Assembly: GCA_963813715.1 (NCBI GenBank)
Contig: CAWFAK010000012.1
Coordinates: forward strand, 128,001-192,000
Direction of reading: 5' to 3'
Length of the DNA stretch: 64,000 nt
DNA from: an uncultured Planctomycetaceae bacterium
GTDB taxonomy: Bacteria > Planctomycetota > Planctomycetia > Planctomycetales > Planctomycetaceae
The notes under the pieces were generated by a model that was not told the origin of the DNA, made no database searches, and saw nothing but the letters and a program-made list of their open reading frames with translations. Below, piece by piece: positions 22,409-33,017 of this stretch (the first letter of the stretch is position 1; each line of letters starts with the position of its first letter). A program made the position numbers and the translations under genes.

Positions 22409-23194
22409 CTAGCGGTAGCCCGCGCGACGAAATCGCTCCGCCGGGTCCTGGTGGAAGAAGTTGCGAAACAGCTCGTAGAGCTGCGGGTGCTCTTGCTGCA
22501 TGGCGAGCGGCTGCTCGAAGAACGACTCGGTCACCACCGCGAAGAACTCGGCCTCGCTCACCGTGCCGTACGGATCGAGCAGCGTCGGCCGACCGTGACT
22601 CGTCCGATGGATCAGGCGGTGGTACTCCGCCGTCATGATTTGGGACCACGTCTGATACTGGGCGCGGCTCTCCAGCAGCGGCGCCCCGTCGAATCCGTGT
22701 CCCTGCAGGTCGAGCGCGTGGGCGAACTCGTGGAACACGACGTTCACGCCGTCGTCGGGAACGCGGCCGCTGCGGAGCACGTCGGGCCAGGAGAGCACGA
22801 TTGCCCCGACCGACGACGCTTCACCCAGCCGCGGAGAATCGCTCTCGATCACCACGCCGCCGGGCTGCACTTCGGTCTGCTTTGCCACGTAGCTGCTGGG
22901 GTAGACCAGCACCGAATAGATCGACTCGAAGTATTCTTCGTGGAGTCCGATTGCCAAGAGACCGGCCTGCGCGGCGATCGTGACCTTGATCTCCTCGCTC
23001 ATCGCCAGGCCGTTGCAGCCTTCCCAGTTCTTTTCGGCGACGAGGATCTGCGTGAGCGCGTCGAGGCGTGCGCGGTCCTCCGCGGCGAGCCACGCGTACT
23101 GGGCGAAGTTAGCGGCCAGGAACGGCCGCCATGCCGGCGGTAGCGGCCGGGCCCCAAGGCGACGTCTGCGGCGGCGACGGAGCCAGCCGATCAT
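22409..23194 (-). CDS. Zinc metallopeptidase M90 (MtfA-like)
   Basis: EKNWEGCNGL, VLVYPSSY, NVVFHEFAHALD (HExxH), LLDPYG and EFFAVVTESFFEQP. Confidence 0.9.
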   Translation of the reverse strand: MIGWLRRRRRRRLGARPLPPAWRPFLAANFAQYAWLAAEDRARLDALTQILVAEKNWEGCNGLAMSEEIKVTIAAQAGLLAIGLHEEYFESIYSVLVYPSSYVAKQTEVQPGGVVIESDSPRLGEASSVGAIVLSWPDVLRSGRVPDDGVNVVFHEFAHALDLQGHGFDGAPLLESRAQYQTWSQIMTAEYHRLIHRTSHGRPTLLDPYGTVSEAEFFAVVTESFFEQPLAMQQEHPQLYELFRNFFHQDPAERFRRAGYR

Positions 23195-23971
23195 CCGGGA
23201 AAGTACTTTGCGAACTGCGATCGAAAGCCGTCGAGCCCCGCGTTGATCAGCCGGACGTCATTCGTCGGCGTGATCAGCCGGCAGCCCTTGCCGACGAGCA
23301 GGTCGCAATGCTCGAGGTTGGCGGTCACCGCCCCCCAGTGCTTGCCATGCTTCGCGCAGGCGGCCGCCACTCGATCGATGGCCGCGATGCACTTGGGATG
23401 AAAGAACTCGCCCGTGACGCCCAGGCTCTGGCTCAGGTCGACGGGGCCGATGAACAACAGGTCAACTCCGTCGATGGCGGCAATCGCGTCGCACTCTTCC
23501 ACCGACTGCAGCGTCTCGATCTGGATGGCCAGAAACGTGTCGCGATTGGCCTTCTTTGTGAACTCGGCAGGCGGAATCCGGCCGAAGTTGGCGTCGAAGC
23601 CACCGTTGTTGAGACCGCGCGAGCCGCGCGGCGCGAACTTGGTCCAGCGGGTGAACTGTTCGGCCTGCTCGGCCGTGAAGATTTGCGCGGCCATCACGCC
23701 GCCGCCCCCCGCCTCCAGGCAGCGGGTGACCATCGCGTAGTCGGTCGGGGCAATGCGGACGAACGTGTCCATCCCGTAGCTGCGGGCGGCCAGCGTGCCC
23801 ACTTCGAGCTGTTCGATCGTCAGCCCGCAGTGCTCGTGATCGAACCACAGCGCGTGAAAATTGCCGGTGAGACCCAGCATCTGCACGATGTTGTGATGCG
23901 GGATGCGGCCGACGCGCGGCCGTCATCACGATCTCGTTGCGGGCCAGCCGCTCTTTAATCGTGGCAAACAT
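23191..23971 (-). CDS. HpcH/HpaI aldolase family protein, frameshifted near 23920
   Basis: WFDHEH, FAPRGSRG, IQIET and DLLFIGPVDLSQSLG motifs. Confidence 0.85.
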
Positions 23972-23977
23972 GGCAGG

Positions 23978-24820
23978 CTATCCGATGAATTCCAATTCGA
24001 CGGGCCGCGGGATGATTCCCTCCTCGAAGCCGCGCCGCAACAGCACGGCGACCGCTTCGCGTCCGCGGGGGCCGAAATCGAGCGTCCAGTCGTTGACATA
24101 CATGCCGACAAACGAATCGGTCTTCTCCAGGTCGAGGTGCCGGCCGTATTTCCGGGCGTGGGCCAGCGCCTCGCTGCGATGGTCCAGACCGTATTGAATG
24201 CTCTGCTTGAGCAGCGCGGTGACTTCCTGCATCCCTTGCGGACCCAGGTCCTTGCGAATGGCATTGCCGCCCAGCGGCAGCGGCAGTCCGGTTTCGTCGT
24301 GCCACCACTTGCCCAAATCGACGATCAGCGACAGTCCCTGGTCTTTGTAGGTCAGTTGCCCTTCGTGGATGATCAGCCCGGCGTCGAACTTTTTCTGCTC
24401 GACCAGGTCGAGGATCTGATCGAAGGGCTGCACCTCGTAAGTAAAGTGATCGCCCAACAAAAGCCGGAACGTGAGGAATGCGGTCGTCAACTCGCCGGGG
24501 ATGGCGATGTGCCGGTCGCGGAGCCAATTGATATCGGCCGCGTTGCGGGCGACGACCATCGGCCCGTAGTTGTCTCCCATGCTGGCGCCGCAGGCGCACA
24601 AGGCATACTGCTCGGTGACGTAGGCGTAGCCGTGCAGGCTCACGGCCGTCAGCTCCAATTCGCCTTCGAGTGCGCGGCGATTGAGCGTCTCGATATCCTG
24701 CAGCTCGTGCGTGAAGCGGTAGCGGCCCGTATCGATCTTGTCGTTGGCCAGCGCGTGAAACATGAACGCGTCGTCCGGATCGGGACTGTGGCCGACGCGG
24801 ATAAGAATTTGTTCGGACAT
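23978..24820 (-). CDS. mqnD: MqnA/MqnD family menaquinone (futalosine pathway) protein, probably 1,4-dihydroxy-6-naphthoate synthase
   Basis: GHSPDPDDAFMF, PGELTTA, GLIIHEGQLTY, LPLPLGGN and MYVN motifs. Confidence 0.85.
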   Translation of the reverse strand: MSEQILIRVGHSPDPDDAFMFHALANDKIDTGRYRFTHELQDIETLNRRALEGELELTAVSLHGYAYVTEQYALCACGASMGDNYGPMVVARNAADINWLRDRHIAIPGELTTAFLTFRLLLGDHFTYEVQPFDQILDLVEQKKFDAGLIIHEGQLTYKDQGLSLIVDLGKWWHDETGLPLPLGGNAIRKDLGPQGMQEVTALLKQSIQYGLDHRSEALAHARKYGRHLDLEKTDSFVGMYVNDWTLDFGPRGREAVAVLLRRGFEEGIIPRPVELEFIG

Positions 24821-25030
24821 GGCTTGAGACTAATGACCGGCATGGATGGCCGCAACCTTCGTGCTGCGGGCTTTAGTGCCGCTTTCGTCATTCGGGCTTC
24901 GTGCTTGCCCTTGCACCCCTTCCGTCTTGTCGGAACGTTCTAAAGAGCATATACCAAAGCGCGAATTTGCCGGCGGCCGTCGATGATTTTACGCGACGGC
25001 GGCTCGAACGCTCCAAAGGGAATTGGCGCC

Positions 25031-26277
25031 ATGAAATTTCTCGCCGCATGTCTCGTCTCTTCGGTGCTGGGCGGACTGTTCGTCGTGTGGCTGATCGATC
25101 CGGCTCGAGGTCATCAGGCCTCGGCCCAGGAGGCGTTTCCCCACCGAACGGACCGCGCTTCCCCGTGCCCGACAATCGCCAGCCCCCCGTCGCACCCGTC
25201 GTCCCCGAAGCCCGCCGTAGCGGCGAACTCATCTTCAACTCCGAGGGACTCTCGCCCGAAGAAGCGATCGGCGTAGCCGTTTACGATCACGTCAACAAGT
25301 CGGTCGTCAACGTCACCACCAAGAGCACCAACACCGTGATGATGGTCGTCGACGTGTCGTCGGAAGGCTCGGGCTCCGGCTCCGTGCTCGACCAGGAAGG
25401 CCACATCCTCACGAACTATCACGTGATCGAAGACGCGCAAAAGATCGACGTGATGCTCTTCGACGGCAACAGCTATGAAGCCAAACCGGTGGGTGCCGAC
25501 CCGATCAACGACATCGCCGTCATCAAGATCGACGCGCCGCGCGATGCCCTCTTCCCGATTCACCTGGGCGACTCGGCCGAAATGAAAGTCGGCATGCGAG
25601 TCTTCGCCATCGGCAACCCGTTCGGCCTCGAGCGGACCATGACCACGGGCATCATCTCCAGCCTCAATCGCACGCTGCAGGTCGCGGCCAACCGTTCGAT
25701 CAAGTCGATCATCCAGATCGACGCGGCCGTTAATCCGGGCAACTCGGGCGGACCACTCCTCAATTCGCACGGCCGACTGATCGGCATGAACACGGCCATC
25801 GCCAGCCGCACGGGGCAGAGCGCGGGGGTCGGCTTCGCCATTCCCAGCAGCCTGATTGCCCGCGTGGTGCCGCAGCTCATCGCGCACGGCCGCGTGATCC
25901 GCCCCGAGATCGGCATTCAAATGGTGAAGGTGACCGAGAAAGGCATGCTGCTCGCCAAGCTCACGCCCGACGGTCCGGCCGCCCGCGCCGGACTGCGCGG
26001 CCCGCAGGTGGTCCGCAAACGGCGCGGCCCCCTCTCCTGGGATACGGTCGATTTCGCCTCGGCCGACTTGATCACCGCCATCGACGGTGAACCGATCAAG
26101 AACGCGGACGACTTTTTGACGGCGATCGAAAGCAAGCGGCCGGGCGACCGCGTCGAACTCGCCGTCGTCCGCGATGGGCAGGAGTTCAAGGTGCCGGTTA
26201 TCCTGGGCAACGGCGAACGCACGCCCTTCCGCGATCGGCAGGACCCGCGGCTGCCTAACCCAGCCATCGGCCGCTGA
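25031..26277 (+). CDS. HtrA/DegP-like serine protease with PDZ domain, frameshifted near 25140
   Basis: N-terminal TM segment (MKFLAACLVSSVLGG); TNYHVI, DIAVIKI and NPGNSGGPLL catalytic motifs; PDZ region. Confidence 0.9.
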
Positions 26278-26288
26278 CGGCTGCCTTG

Positions 26289-26373
26289 GGCGAGCGGCGG
26301 GTGTCAGCCCGCCGGTTTTGGTTTTGTCGAATCACCGAATGCAGAACCGGCGGGCTGACACCCGCCGCTCGCC
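26289..26373. repeat. REP-like doublet: 29-bp inverted repeat, each arm itself a hairpin
   Basis: GGCGAGCGGCGGGTGTCAGCCCGCCGGTT at 26289-26317 and its exact reverse complement at 26345-26373. Confidence 0.85.
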
Positions 26374-26413
26374 AGAACACGCCTTTCCAGTCCGTCTCCT
26401 GAGGAACACCCCT

Positions 26414-26893
26414 GTGGCGTTTGACCCCAAAGAGCAGCGGCGGATTTTCGGACGGTTTGCCACCGGCGTCACGGTGCTCAGCACGATCGCCGACAAGGAA
26501 ACGTGGGGTATGACAGCCAACGCGGTGACCTCGCTGTCGCTCGAGCCGCCGCTGGTGCTGGTCGCCGTCGTCCGCAACAGCGCGACGGACGGCTATCTCA
26601 AAACGAGCCGCTGCTTCGCGCTCAATATCCTGAGCGCCGAGCAAAAGAACCTGTCCACCCGCTTCTCCGGCCCCGGGCCACGCGATTTCTCGGACCTGGA
26701 AACGAAGACGGCCGTGACCGGCTGTCCGGTCCTGGTGGAAGCGCTCGGCTGGGTCGATTGCCGCGTGGTCGACGTTTTTTCCGGCGGCGACCACGAGATC
26801 TTCATCGGCGAAATCGTGGCCGGTGACGCCCACGCCGGCGACAAGAAGCCTCTGCTCTTCTACAGCGGGCAGTACGCCCAACTCGCCGACTAA
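26414..26893 (+). CDS. Flavin reductase family protein
   Basis: RFATGVTV, GMTANAVTSLSLEPPLVLV, GDHEIFIGEI and PLLFYSGQY. Confidence 0.92.
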   Translation: MAFDPKEQRRIFGRFATGVTVLSTIADKETWGMTANAVTSLSLEPPLVLVAVVRNSATDGYLKTSRCFALNILSAEQKNLSTRFSGPGPRDFSDLETKTAVTGCPVLVEALGWVDCRVVDVFSGGDHEIFIGEIVAGDAHAGDKKPLLFYSGQYAQLAD

Positions 26894-27101
26894 AGGCGCA
26901 GCCGGTCGAGCGGCACCGATCCCTGTTGGGCTGATTTCAAGCGTCCACCTTTCCCAAGCCGACGGCTCGCCGTCGGTTCCGGAACGACAGCAAGCTGTCG
27001 GCTTCGGAAGGGTGGAAGGCTCAACCTGACGCGATCGCTGACTGGTGCCGCTCGGCCCGCGCTTAGAGTGATTGCCAGAAAATTGGGCTCACCCCAACCG
27101 G

Positions 27102-28502
27102 TCACATATTCGTCTTCGTATCGCCGGCGTCGCCCAGGAGTGCACCGAGCGATTGGATGATCGCCGCGTCGTGCCGGTGGTCCTTCGTGTAGACGCGAAA
27201 GATTGCAAAGCTGGTCGGTAAGCCGCGGAACAGCTCGTCATCGTTGAGTTCCTGCACGCCGTCCTCGCCGGGATTGAGCAGGAAGTTCTGACCACCGGCC
27301 GGGCGACGCGCGCTGGGGCGATGGTAGTGGCGGGCCACGTCGACGCGGAGCGGAATCGATTGCAGGCCGGCGGGCAGGCCGCTCCGCACCCGCTGCTCGA
27401 CCAAGTCCGGCTCGGAATAGATGGTCGTTCGCTCGGCCGCGCCGCTGTGAAAATTGATCGTACGCTCGCAGGCCATTTTCCAACCGACGTTCCGCGACAG
27501 GATGGCCGCCCACCGCTGGCCCAGATCGCGGAGCTCAGGCTCGCTGCTCTCTTCCCAACGGCCGACGTCGACGAGGAACGATGACTCGGTGAACCGGCGG
27601 TAAGCGTCCAGGTGCTCGAGCGGATTGCCGGGGAAGAGCCGCGGCATCGTGTCGGGAAAGACGTCTTCGAGCGCCAAGTCGAGGGCCCGGACCGTGCGGT
27701 GGAAATAGATCGTGCGGAACAGGTTTGCCCGCGTCTCGATGAAGTTGATCAACGTCGGCAGGCCGCGGGCGTGAATCGTCAGGCCGGCGTCGGTGAAAAA
27801 GGTGTAGTGCAGCAGGCGCCACAGGTCGAAGGCCCGCAGGTTGTAGCCCGACATGTAGGCGTCGCGGAGCACGAAGTCCATGTTGTCGACGGTGTAGATG
27901 CCGCTGAACAGGGCCCGCAGCTTGCGGAGCCATTCGGGCTGCCCCTCCGCGCCGTCGCCCCGTGGACGCCGAATCAGCCAGGCGACCTGTCGCGGCTCGA
28001 GTTCTTCGAGCGGCTGCAGCTGTCCGCGGGGATTCCGCCGCACGCGCCTCAACAGTTCGCCCAGCTCGCCCTCGATGATTCGCGAGCCGACGTCTTCGTG
28101 CGTGATGCCGAACTGGTCGAGATAGTGATCGTCGAAGAAGTGGCCAAACGGTCCGTGCCCCACGTCGTGGAGCAAGCCGGCCATCCGCAACAGGCTCTCG
28201 ACATAGGCCCGTGAAGGGACGTTCGCGCAGGTGTCGCGAAGCGACTCGTACCAGTGGTCGATCGCCACCGACGCCAAGTGCATCACGCCCAGCACGTGCT
28301 GAAACCGCATGTGCTCGGCCGACGGAAAGACCCACCAGGCGGTCTGCAGCTGGTGGATTTGCCGCAGCCGCTGCACCCAGGGGTGGTCGATGATTTCCTG
28401 CTCGGCCACTTCGCCTGCCGGCAGTCCGCTCTTGGAGATGAAGGGGATGTACCCGTGGACGGGGTCGTGCGACAGGCTTTCCGTCGAGAAATCACGCGCC
28501 AT
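27102..28502 (-). CDS. HD-domain phosphohydrolase (dNTP triphosphohydrolase-like)
   Basis: DPVHGYI, QRLRQIHQL, RFQHVLGVMH, LLHDVGHGPFGH, DNMDFVLRD and IYFHRTVR. Confidence 0.85.
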   Translation of the reverse strand: MARDFSTESLSHDPVHGYIPFISKSGLPAGEVAEQEIIDHPWVQRLRQIHQLQTAWWVFPSAEHMRFQHVLGVMHLASVAIDHWYESLRDTCANVPSRAYVESLLRMAGLLHDVGHGPFGHFFDDHYLDQFGITHEDVGSRIIEGELGELLRRVRRNPRGQLQPLEELEPRQVAWLIRRPRGDGAEGQPEWLRKLRALFSGIYTVDNMDFVLRDAYMSGYNLRAFDLWRLLHYTFFTDAGLTIHARGLPTLINFIETRANLFRTIYFHRTVRALDLALEDVFPDTMPRLFPGNPLEHLDAYRRFTESSFLVDVGRWEESSEPELRDLGQRWAAILSRNVGWKMACERTINFHSGAAERTTIYSEPDLVEQRVRSGLPAGLQSIPLRVDVARHYHRPSARRPAGGQNFLLNPGEDGVQELNDDELFRGLPTSFAIFRVYTKDHRHDAAIIQSLGALLGDAGDTKTNM

Positions 28503-28672
28503 GGAAGGGCCATTGTAGAAGGCTCATCCGCATCAGGCGAGCACGCCGAGTACCCACGAGCCAATCGCCCCGCAGAATGCCCGTCTTACGGATTTTCGGC
28601 CCCTCGACTATGATCCGGCCGCGGCAACACGGTGCCAATTTCCAACTCGGTGCCAATCTCCCCGGCCAGCGC

Positions 28673-29494
28673 ATGTCCACGAGCGAATATCGCGTTGCTC
28701 TCGAGCTCTTCGGCGGGCCGATGGACCTGCTGCTCTACCTCGTCCGCCGCGACGAGCTCGACATTCTCGATCTGCCGCTGGCCAGAATTGCCACGCAGTT
28801 CCTGGAATTCATCGAGGTGCTCGAGCTACTGGACGTGTCGCAGGCGGCCGACTTCGTCTCCACGGCAAGCACGTTGGCCGAGATCAAGAGCCGCACCGTC
28901 CTCCCCCGGCAGGAGGAAGAGGCGCCGACCGAGGAGCCGCTCGATGACGAGCCGCAGAACGATCTGGTCCACAAACTCCTCGAGTTCAAGCGGCTGCGGG
29001 AAGCCTCGCAGGCGCTCGAGGCGCAAGCCGCGCTCTGGCAGGAGCGCTATCCGCGGCTGAGCGACGAGCGGCCGCGGCAGGGGCGCGACTTGGCCGACGA
29101 CCTGATCAAGGAAGTCGAGCTGTGGGACCTGGTGAGCGCGCTGGCCCGCGTGCTCCGCCGTCGGACGGTCGAGCACGAAGCCAGCGTCCGCTACGACGAC
29201 ACGCCGATTTCGGTTTACATTGAGCGCGTGGGGGAGCGCGTCCGTCGCGAAGGGCGCGTCGCGTTCAGCGCACTCTTCGACGCGGCTACCAAGCGGGGCG
29301 TCGTCGTCGGACTGTTTTTAGCCATTCTCGAATTGCTCCGGCACCATGCCTTTCGGGCAGAGCAGCCGGTCGACTATGGTGAGATCTGGATTCTGCCGCC
29401 GGTCACAGAGCTGGCCGGCACAGAGACGGCCCATTCGGGAACGGTCGATCCGTCGGCCGCGCCCCCGGCCGACGCGAGTCCAGCCGCACCTTGA
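28673..29494 (+). CDS. scpA: Segregation and condensation protein A
   Basis: FGGPMDLLLYLV, IKSRTVLP and FLAILELLR kleisin motifs. Confidence 0.9.
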   Translation: MSTSEYRVALELFGGPMDLLLYLVRRDELDILDLPLARIATQFLEFIEVLELLDVSQAADFVSTASTLAEIKSRTVLPRQEEEAPTEEPLDDEPQNDLVHKLLEFKRLREASQALEAQAALWQERYPRLSDERPRQGRDLADDLIKEVELWDLVSALARVLRRRTVEHEASVRYDDTPISVYIERVGERVRREGRVAFSALFDAATKRGVVVGLFLAILELLRHHAFRAEQPVDYGEIWILPPVTELAGTETAHSGTVDPSAAPPADASPAAP

Positions 29495-29520
29495 GCGACC
29501 CGACAGCCAGACCGGTCCGC

Positions 29521-30711
29521 ATGAGCGATTCGCAGCACGTAGCGACAGAGCAGTCAGCGATAGCGTCGAAAACGATTGTCTTCGCTGGCGGAGGCTCGGG
29601 AGGACATCTCTTTCCGGGCATCGCCGTCGCGCAGATTCTGGCGGCCTGCGGGTGGCCGGTCAAATGCGTGTTCGTCGGCTCGTCCCGCAACGTCGAGCGA
29701 CAGATTGTGTCCGACCACGGGTTCGAGCACGTCGCCCTGCCCGTCGAGCCCTCGTCAACATTCTTGACGCGGCCGGTGCGCTTCGCAAATCGGCTCTGGC
29801 AAAGCGCTCAGACGGCCAGCGATTTCTTGCCGTCCTGCGGCGCCTCCCTCGTCGTCGGACTCGGGGGCTTTGCCAGCGTGCCCGTCGTCTGGGCGGCCCG
29901 CCTGGCCGGAGTGCCGCTCGTGCTGCTGGAGCAAAACGCCGTACCGGGCCGCGCGACGTCGTGGCTCTGTCGCCGGGCGAACCTCACCTGCCTGGGCTTT
30001 TCCGACGCCGCGCGGCGACTGCCCCGAACGGCCACACATCTGGTGACGGGCAACCCGGTCCGCGCCCCGATCGCGGCGCTTGCCTCGGAGCCGGCCATCA
30101 ATGGTGAGAAGCGTTCGATTGTAGTCCTGGGAGGCAGCCAAGGGTCGCTCGCCCTCAACGAAGCCTTTGTCGGCTGCGTGGAGCAGCTTCACGACCATTT
30201 CGCCGATTGGAACATCGTCCACCAAACCGGGGCCCGCGACGTCGAGCAGGTCAAACGGCGTTACGCGGCGGCGGGTGTGAACGCCCAGGTCGCGGCTTTC
30301 TTCGATGACCCGGTCACGCTCTATCGCTCGGCCGCCTTGGCGGTCTCGCGGGCCGGCGCACTCACGCTGTCGGAGCTGGCGTGCGCCGGTGTGCCGGCCG
30401 TGTTGATTCCCTACCCCAAGGCGATCCGCAATCACCAGCGACTGAACGCTTACACCTTCGAGCACGTGGGAGCCGCCCGCGTCGTTCGTCAATCGAGCGA
30501 TCCGGACAAGACCCGCCTGCACCTGCAGGACGAGCTAGCCGCCCTCTTGCCTAACGCCGATTTGCGAAACCGCATGGCCCGCGCAATGCGCTCACTCGCC
30601 CGACCGGACGCCGCCGCCGTCGTGGCCGAGGAAGTCTGCAAATTCCTCTTCGGCTCAGAGGCGGCCGCGCAGGCCGCAATCAGTACGGAATCCCCAAGCG
30701 GCGATAGATAA
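29521..30711 (+). CDS. murG: Undecaprenyldiphospho-muramoylpentapeptide beta-N-acetylglucosaminyltransferase
   Basis: AGGGSGGHLFPG, GGFASVP, EQNAVPG, TGNPVR, GGSQGS, SRAGALT and HQRLNA. An alternative TTG start at 29491 overlaps scpA. Confidence 0.92.
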   Translation: MSDSQHVATEQSAIASKTIVFAGGGSGGHLFPGIAVAQILAACGWPVKCVFVGSSRNVERQIVSDHGFEHVALPVEPSSTFLTRPVRFANRLWQSAQTASDFLPSCGASLVVGLGGFASVPVVWAARLAGVPLVLLEQNAVPGRATSWLCRRANLTCLGFSDAARRLPRTATHLVTGNPVRAPIAALASEPAINGEKRSIVVLGGSQGSLALNEAFVGCVEQLHDHFADWNIVHQTGARDVEQVKRRYAAAGVNAQVAAFFDDPVTLYRSAALAVSRAGALTLSELACAGVPAVLIPYPKAIRNHQRLNAYTFEHVGAARVVRQSSDPDKTRLHLQDELAALLPNADLRNRMARAMRSLARPDAAAVVAEEVCKFLFGSEAAAQAAISTESPSGDR

Positions 30712-31153
30712 AGCCCAACAGCCAGATCGGGCCAATCAGCAGGAACTGGATGTCCTCGAAGAACGCGGGCTTCTTGCCTTCGAGCTTGTGACCGACGAAT
30801 TGCAGGATCCAGGCCACGACAAAGATGCCCAAGGCCACGGCCCAGACCGGCCACCAGGCGAGCTTGCTGAAACCGACGATGAGCGCGAAAAAGAGCGCCG
30901 CCAGCACAAACATGCCGATCGCCAGCGGCGGCGAGAGCCGCAGGTAAAACAGTATCGCCGCCACGACGAACAGCGACGCCAGGTTCACGTAGAGAGCCGC
31001 CCCACCCAGCGCAGCGGGCATCGGCACCGACCACAGCAGCCCCAACAGGCTGAGCGTGATCGCCGGAATGCAGATCCAGTGGATCACTTCGTTGACCGTG
31101 TTGTGATGGCACTCGCCGTATTCGGCAAACCACTGATCGGCCGATTTTTTCAT
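30680..31153 (-). CDS. DUF962/Mpo1-like membrane protein
   Basis: YGECHHNTVNEVIHWICIP and QFVGHKLEGKKPAF motifs. Confidence 0.88.
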   Translation of the reverse strand: MKKSADQWFAEYGECHHNTVNEVIHWICIPAITLSLLGLLWSVPMPAALGGAALYVNLASLFVVAAILFYLRLSPPLAIGMFVLAALFFALIVGFSKLAWWPVWAVALGIFVVAWILQFVGHKLEGKKPAFFEDIQFLLIGPIWLLGFIYRRLGIPY

Positions 31154-31580
31154 CGCTCTGCCTTTCGGAATGCGCTCATCTCAATTTTAACGCGAACGGC
31201 CCCGCGATGCAGCGAATTACGGCGGGTCGCAAAGTGCATCGGCCAGAGAGGGAATCCGACGGGTGGGGCCGTTACGACAGGCGGCAGCCGATGTCGCGCA
31301 GGCGGCTGAGCTGCCGCACGAGCACGGGCAGGCTCAGAACTCCCGACAGGGACATTTGCACGTAGCCGAATGTCGTCAGGATTTGGCCCGGATCGTGCGG
31401 AGCGGACCGGCACGTTCGGACCAGCGCGCCGCCGAGCAAGCAGAGCGTGCACTCGTCGAGCAGGCTGAAGTTGAGGGCTTCCGAGTTGGCTAGGCGGACG
31501 TTCCAACCTGCCACGCGGGCCTTTGCAGGCCGGCCGGGGGCGGCAGCCGCCGATAGCCGCCACGATTCGTCGCCCGCTCG

Positions 31581-31823
31581 CTAAGAGTCAATCGCCTCGA
31601 GTTCCTCGGCCGCGAAATCAGCCAACCACACTGTCACGCCGTTTGAACCCGAGTTCTCGACCACGTAGCGTTCCGGCAGGCCGGCGGCGTTGAGAATGTC
31701 GACGATGGTGCCGACGTCGCCGACTTGGGGCGGACGGAGATTCGTTTGCCAACCGTCGTACGCGTCGGCGGGACGAAGCAGTCGCCGGACGCGAACCTGC
31801 CGATAGCGCTCGAAGCCGGGCAT
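31581..31823 (-). CDS. Small hypothetical protein (DUF4926-like)
   Basis: GGAGG ribosome-binding site; GDVGTIVD..YVVE pattern. Confidence 0.55.
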   Translation of the reverse strand: MPGFERYRQVRVRRLLRPADAYDGWQTNLRPPQVGDVGTIVDILNAAGLPERYVVENSGSNGVTVWLADFAAEELEAIDS

Positions 31824-31916
31824 CGCAGCCTACCTCCGAACCGGCAATCTCTTGTCGGCTTGACCGCGACCCGCCGCCGCTGGCTCGTCAACGAGGGGCG
31901 CGGTGGACGAGCGGCG

Positions 31917-32978
31917 TTAGATGCGGCCCTTCTCTAATTCTTGGCGAATCCAGGGAATGACCTCGTCGAGGGCCTTTTCCAGCGAGGTCTCGGCCCGAAA
32001 TCCGAGTACGCGTTCGGCCTTGCTCACATCGGGCACGCGGTGTTGCACGTCGTACGTGAAGGGGTCGTCCGACTCGTAGCGGAACGGCTTTTGAGAGCCG
32101 TTGGCCGCGTGGATCTTGTTCCAGATCAGCTCGGCCAGCTCGAGCACGGTCGTCGCGCGGGGCGTTGAGAGATTGAAATCGTCGTTGAGCGCGGCCGGAT
32201 GGAACAGGGCCGTGCAGATGCCGCGGGCCAGGTCGCCGCCATACGTGTAACAGCGGACCTGGTTGCCGTCCCCCAAGATCCGTAGCGGGTCCTGACCTTT
32301 GAGAATCTTTTGCACGAGATCGGGAACGACGTGGCTCATCGCCAGCTTGACGTTGCCGCTGGAGATATCGCGATCGCCGAGCGCCCGCCGTTCGCCCACG
32401 CCCACGCAGTTGAACGGCCGGCAAATCGTGTAGGGCAAGCCGTATTGTTCGTGCGCGCCCTTCGCGAAGTATTCAGCCGCCAGCTTCTGGAAGCCGTAGG
32501 TGCTCGATGGGGGCGGGCAGACCTTGACGTGGTCCTCGGGCGTCGGGAAGACGGTCGCGTTCTCGAAGACCATGCTGCTTGAGAGCACGGTGATCTTCTT
32601 GAGGTGCCCTTCGCGGAATGCGCGGATGGCCGCATCAAAGGTGGCCGCCAAAATGCGCTCGTTCTCGGCGATCAGGTCGTAGGCATACGCGTGAAAGTAC
32701 GAGATGCCGCCGATGCGGGCGGCCGCCGCGATCACGTGGTCGCACTGTAGGGCCAGCTCGGTCAAGAGGCCGATGTCTTTTGCGTCCCCCTGCACGAACT
32801 TGTAGTGCGGATGCGACTCGTAGCTCCGCTCGACCGGGCCATACTTGGAGAAATTGTCGACGCCCAGCACTTTGTGGCCGCGATCCAAAAGCTCTTGCAC
32901 GAGATAGCCGGAAATGAATCCGGCCGAGCCCGTGACGAGCACGGTTGTGGGCGTTTCACCGGGAAGTTTGTCGGACAT
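31917..32978 (-). CDS. NAD-dependent epimerase/dehydratase
   Basis: VTGSAGFISG, YGFQK (YxxxK), RPFNCVG and GDGNQVRCYTY. Confidence 0.92.
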   Translation of the reverse strand: MSDKLPGETPTTVLVTGSAGFISGYLVQELLDRGHKVLGVDNFSKYGPVERSYESHPHYKFVQGDAKDIGLLTELALQCDHVIAAAARIGGISYFHAYAYDLIAENERILAATFDAAIRAFREGHLKKITVLSSSMVFENATVFPTPEDHVKVCPPPSSTYGFQKLAAEYFAKGAHEQYGLPYTICRPFNCVGVGERRALGDRDISSGNVKLAMSHVVPDLVQKILKGQDPLRILGDGNQVRCYTYGGDLARGICTALFHPAALNDDFNLSTPRATTVLELAELIWNKIHAANGSQKPFRYESDDPFTYDVQHRVPDVSKAERVLGFRAETSLEKALDEVIPWIRQELEKGRI

Positions 32979-33017
32979 GGCGTGTCGCGGGACCTTCGCT
33001 GTTGTACGGGTTCAGAT

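Noticed and set aside
28623..28657. Minus-strand TGGCAC motifs as a sigma54 promoter for the HD gene
   Set aside because: TGGCAC-N4-TTGC is one base short of the strict -24/-12 spacing.
31272..31514. 80-aa minus-strand ORF between DUF962 and the DUF4926-like gene
   Set aside because: No clear ribosome-binding site or recognisable motif; cannot be supported.
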